A stretch of DNA of 38,358 nucleotides from a virus (lineage: Duplodnaviria; Caudoviricetes): positions 1 to 38,358 of IMG/VR virus record IMGVR_UViG_3300049924_000319, one strand, 5' to 3'. Within the stretch, counting starts at the first letter, position 1; each line of letters opens with the position of its first letter. A model generated the notes under the pieces. The model searched no databases, was not told where the DNA came from, and worked only from the letters and a program-made list of their open reading frames with translations. The position numbers and the translations under genes were made by a program. Shown piece after piece: positions 36,376 to 38,358 of this stretch.

Positions 36376-37551
36376 ATGGCAGCAGCCACCATCACCATCA
36401 AATTGCAGCATTGCGTCTGGCGTGACGGCCGCCCGCGCTTTGTGCCAGGCCCGCGCCTGCGCGCCCTGGGCTTCACCGGCCGGGATCTGAAAGCGCCGGA
36501 TGGCACATGGATGGATCTGGCTGATGTGCAGGCCTTCCAGACCGACCTGCAGGCCGACATTGCGCGGCGCGCCGCCCTGCAGGTGGCGGGCAAGCGCCTG
36601 CCGCGTGCAAAGCAGTCCTCCTTCTATCGCGTGGCGGATCTGATGCAGGACACTTTTGAGCGGCCCAAGTTCCAGAAACAGCAGGCCACCAATGTCAAGG
36701 TGCTGGCGCCCGCCACCATCACCTCTTACAAGAAAAGCGCCACCGCCCTGCAGAAGTTCGATGCCGATATCTGGGTGTCGCCGGTGCTGGCCATCAACAC
36801 GGTGATTGCCTTTGATCTCTATGAACGCCTCTATGCCGAAAAAGGCCTGCACCAGGCGCGCGCCGTCATGGCGCTGTTGCGCATGGCCTGGAACTGGGCG
36901 CGCAAGAAAGGCAAGGCGCATCAAAATCCCTTCCTCATGCTGGACATGGACATGCCGGAAGGCCGCGTGCGCCACCAGACGCCACAGCACATTCGCCACC
37001 TCATGGCCACCTGCGATGCCAACAGGCGCCCGGAACTGGGCGACATGGTGCTGCTCGCCGTGCTGTCCTGCCAGCGGCAGACGGAACGGCTGGCGCTGGA
37101 GGGCGGCCACATCAGCGGCGGCCGCATCCAGCTGCGCCAGTCGAAGCGCGGCAAGCATGTGTCGTTCGCCGTGGTGGCAGACCTTGCCGGCCGCTTGGCC
37201 GCTGCCCGCCAGCGCCGCGAGGCCCACACGGTGCAATGGCCGCATGTGGTGATAGATGAACAGCGGCAAGTGCCCTGGGCGGCCTCGGCCTACAGCCATG
37301 AGTTCACCCGCCTGGTCAAGCTGGCGGCCGTGGACTGCCCGGACTTGCAAGGCTTGCAGGACCGTGACCTGCGTGACGTGGGCCTGCACTGGGCCAAGCA
37401 GGGCGGCGCTGAATTCGACAAGCGCCGCAAACTCTCAGGCCACGCCGCCACAGCCGAAGCCATGGAAGAAAAACACTACACCGGCCCCACCGTCACAGAT
37501 GGCGATGCCGCTGTCTCCGCCATCGTCTCAACATGGGAGAAGGGAAAATGA
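36376..37551 (+). CDS. int: Tyrosine recombinase/integrase
   Basis: CQRQTE (R), QSKRG (K), RDLR, SGH, KHY (Y); adjacent to attP. Confidence 0.9.
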   Translation: MAAATITIKLQHCVWRDGRPRFVPGPRLRALGFTGRDLKAPDGTWMDLADVQAFQTDLQADIARRAALQVAGKRLPRAKQSSFYRVADLMQDTFERPKFQKQQATNVKVLAPATITSYKKSATALQKFDADIWVSPVLAINTVIAFDLYERLYAEKGLHQARAVMALLRMAWNWARKKGKAHQNPFLMLDMDMPEGRVRHQTPQHIRHLMATCDANRRPELGDMVLLAVLSCQRQTERLALEGGHISGGRIQLRQSKRGKHVSFAVVADLAGRLAAARQRREAHTVQWPHVVIDEQRQVPWAASAYSHEFTRLVKLAAVDCPDLQGLQDRDLRDVGLHWAKQGGAEFDKRRKLSGHAATAEAMEEKHYTGPTVTDGDAAVSAIVSTWEKGK

Positions 37552-37808
37552 TCATGAAGTTGGCAAATCCCATGGCCTATCCCTTGCACGAAATCGCTGA
37601 TCAGATTTTCAAGCTGAACCACACTTTGCAGCGTCATAATCTTCAACCCATCGCTGGCATAGTGATGGCCAACAAGGAAGAACTGACTAAGCTTCTGAGT
37701 CTTGCTGATGGACGTGGCTTGATCACATCGCAGGCCACGGGAAAGACAGAAATCAATGGCACCGCCATTTACACGCCATACAACATCAAGCGTGAATGGC
37801 CATTATGA
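37548..37808 (+). CDS. Hypothetical protein between int and attP
   Basis: ATGA-coupled to int; visibly lower GC. Confidence 0.55.
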   Translation: MIMKLANPMAYPLHEIADQIFKLNHTLQRHNLQPIAGIVMANKEELTKLLSLADGRGLITSQATGKTEINGTAIYTPYNIKREWPL

Positions 37809-37841
37809 GCGGCACGGCCGGAACAATCCCAAAACAGCCGC

Positions 37842-38042
37842 CGTCTCACATGAGACGTGAGACGCTCGGACTTCGTCTCATGTTCTCATTCTGTTTTGCG
37901 CAAGTCATTGAAAGGATGGTGGGCGATGCAGGATTCGAACCTGCGACCCGCTGATTAAGAGTTATCTTGAAGCATAATGCTTTCAATCACTTGGATAATC
38001 TCACCATGAGATATTCAGCAAAAATCAGCTGAAAGTCTCATG
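37842..38042. promoter_or_regulatory. attP arms with arm-type repeats and IHF-like sites
   Basis: CGTCTCA/TGAGACG at 37842, 37851, 37858 and 37874; related copies at 37998, 38007 and 38035; IHF-like sites at 37901-37913 and 37981-37993. Confidence 0.7.
37917..37962 (-). other. attP: attP core: 3' half of tRNA-Lys(CTT)
   Basis: Minus strand reads ACTCTTAATCAGCGGGTCGCAGGTTCGAATCCTGCATCGCCCACCA: anticodon loop, T-arm and CCA, with no 5' half. Confidence 0.93.
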
Positions 38043-38045
38043 CCC

Positions 38046-38358
38046 TCAATTGTCCGTTTCGACATACCACTGCACCACATCAAGCCCCACGGCCAGCGCT
38101 GTTGCGCCATTGGCGCGCCAGGCCACGGGGCCCAGGAATGTGGTTGCAGCGGGAATGACAGTGCCCACAGCGCCTGACAATGTGCCGATGGCCACATGGC
38201 CGGTGTTCACGCGCGTCACTTGGTAATAGATCACTTGCGTATCAGGCGGCGCAAACAGCGCCAGTTCGTAAAAATCGGTAGACAAATTCCCTGATGGGAA
38301 GTTGGCGCCAAGATCAATGGGTGTCTGCGCCGCTGAGCCGCCATAATAGATCTTGAGA
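38046..38358 (-). CDS. 3' part of the junction-spanning fibre/receptor-binding gene
   Basis: In frame with 1-918 via the terminal overlap; ends ...VVQWYVETDN*. Confidence 0.8.
   Translation of the reverse strand, partial: LKIYYGGSAAQTPIDLGANFPSGNLSTDFYELALFAPPDTQVIYYQVTRVNTGHVAIGTLSGAVGTVIPAATTFLGPVAWRANGATALAVGLDVVQWYVETDN
38157..38358 (+). repeat. Terminal direct repeat, right copy
   Basis: 202 bp matching 1-202 with one mismatch. Confidence 0.95.

Noticed and set aside
36376-37551. Inactive integrase, because HxxR reads RDLR
   Set aside because: The first His is variable among tyrosine recombinases; R, K, R, H and Y are present and attP is intact.
37917-37995. Functional tRNA-Lys gene
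   Set aside because: Only the 3' half is present; similarity stops at the anticodon loop, as expected for attP.
38157-38358. Physical terminal repeat of the virion DNA
   Set aside because: It falls mid-gene and far from the terminase region; a circular assembly overlap explains it better.

Overview
The window looks like a complete, circularly permuted temperate podovirus-type phage genome of about 38.16 kb. Bases 1-202 recur at 38157-38358 with one mismatch, and one gene runs through the junction. It is GC-rich and probably infects an alphaproteobacterium (inference). The minus strand carries, in transcription order: cro-like gene, early genes, DnaA-C-like HTH protein, primase, P-loop helicase, accessory genes, a C4-type antisense RNA with a BRO-N antirepressor, an iteron-rich putative origin, terS, terL, GNAT-like protein, portal, scaffold, capsid, tail tubular A/B, four ejection proteins, tail fibre, lysis cassette and four further fibre-like genes. 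The plus strand carries a CI-like repressor, a Xis/AlpA-like gene, a DUF6948-like gene with a (Gly-X)n repeat ORF, a tyrosine integrase and an attP matching the 3' half of tRNA-Lys(CTT). Main observations: (1) a second att-like site in the terS-terL gap that shares arm-type repeats, IHF-like sites and a core-shaped palindrome with attP; (2) four copies of a putative late promoter, TTTGTCGGAACA-N16-TAnnnT; (3) a repressor that seems to lack the autocleavage dyad, paired with the C4 RNA/antirepressor; (4) the DUF6948/(GGC-NNC)38 repeat module; (5) a structured capsid mRNA leader. All protein calls come from motif recognition and gene order; no database searches were run.
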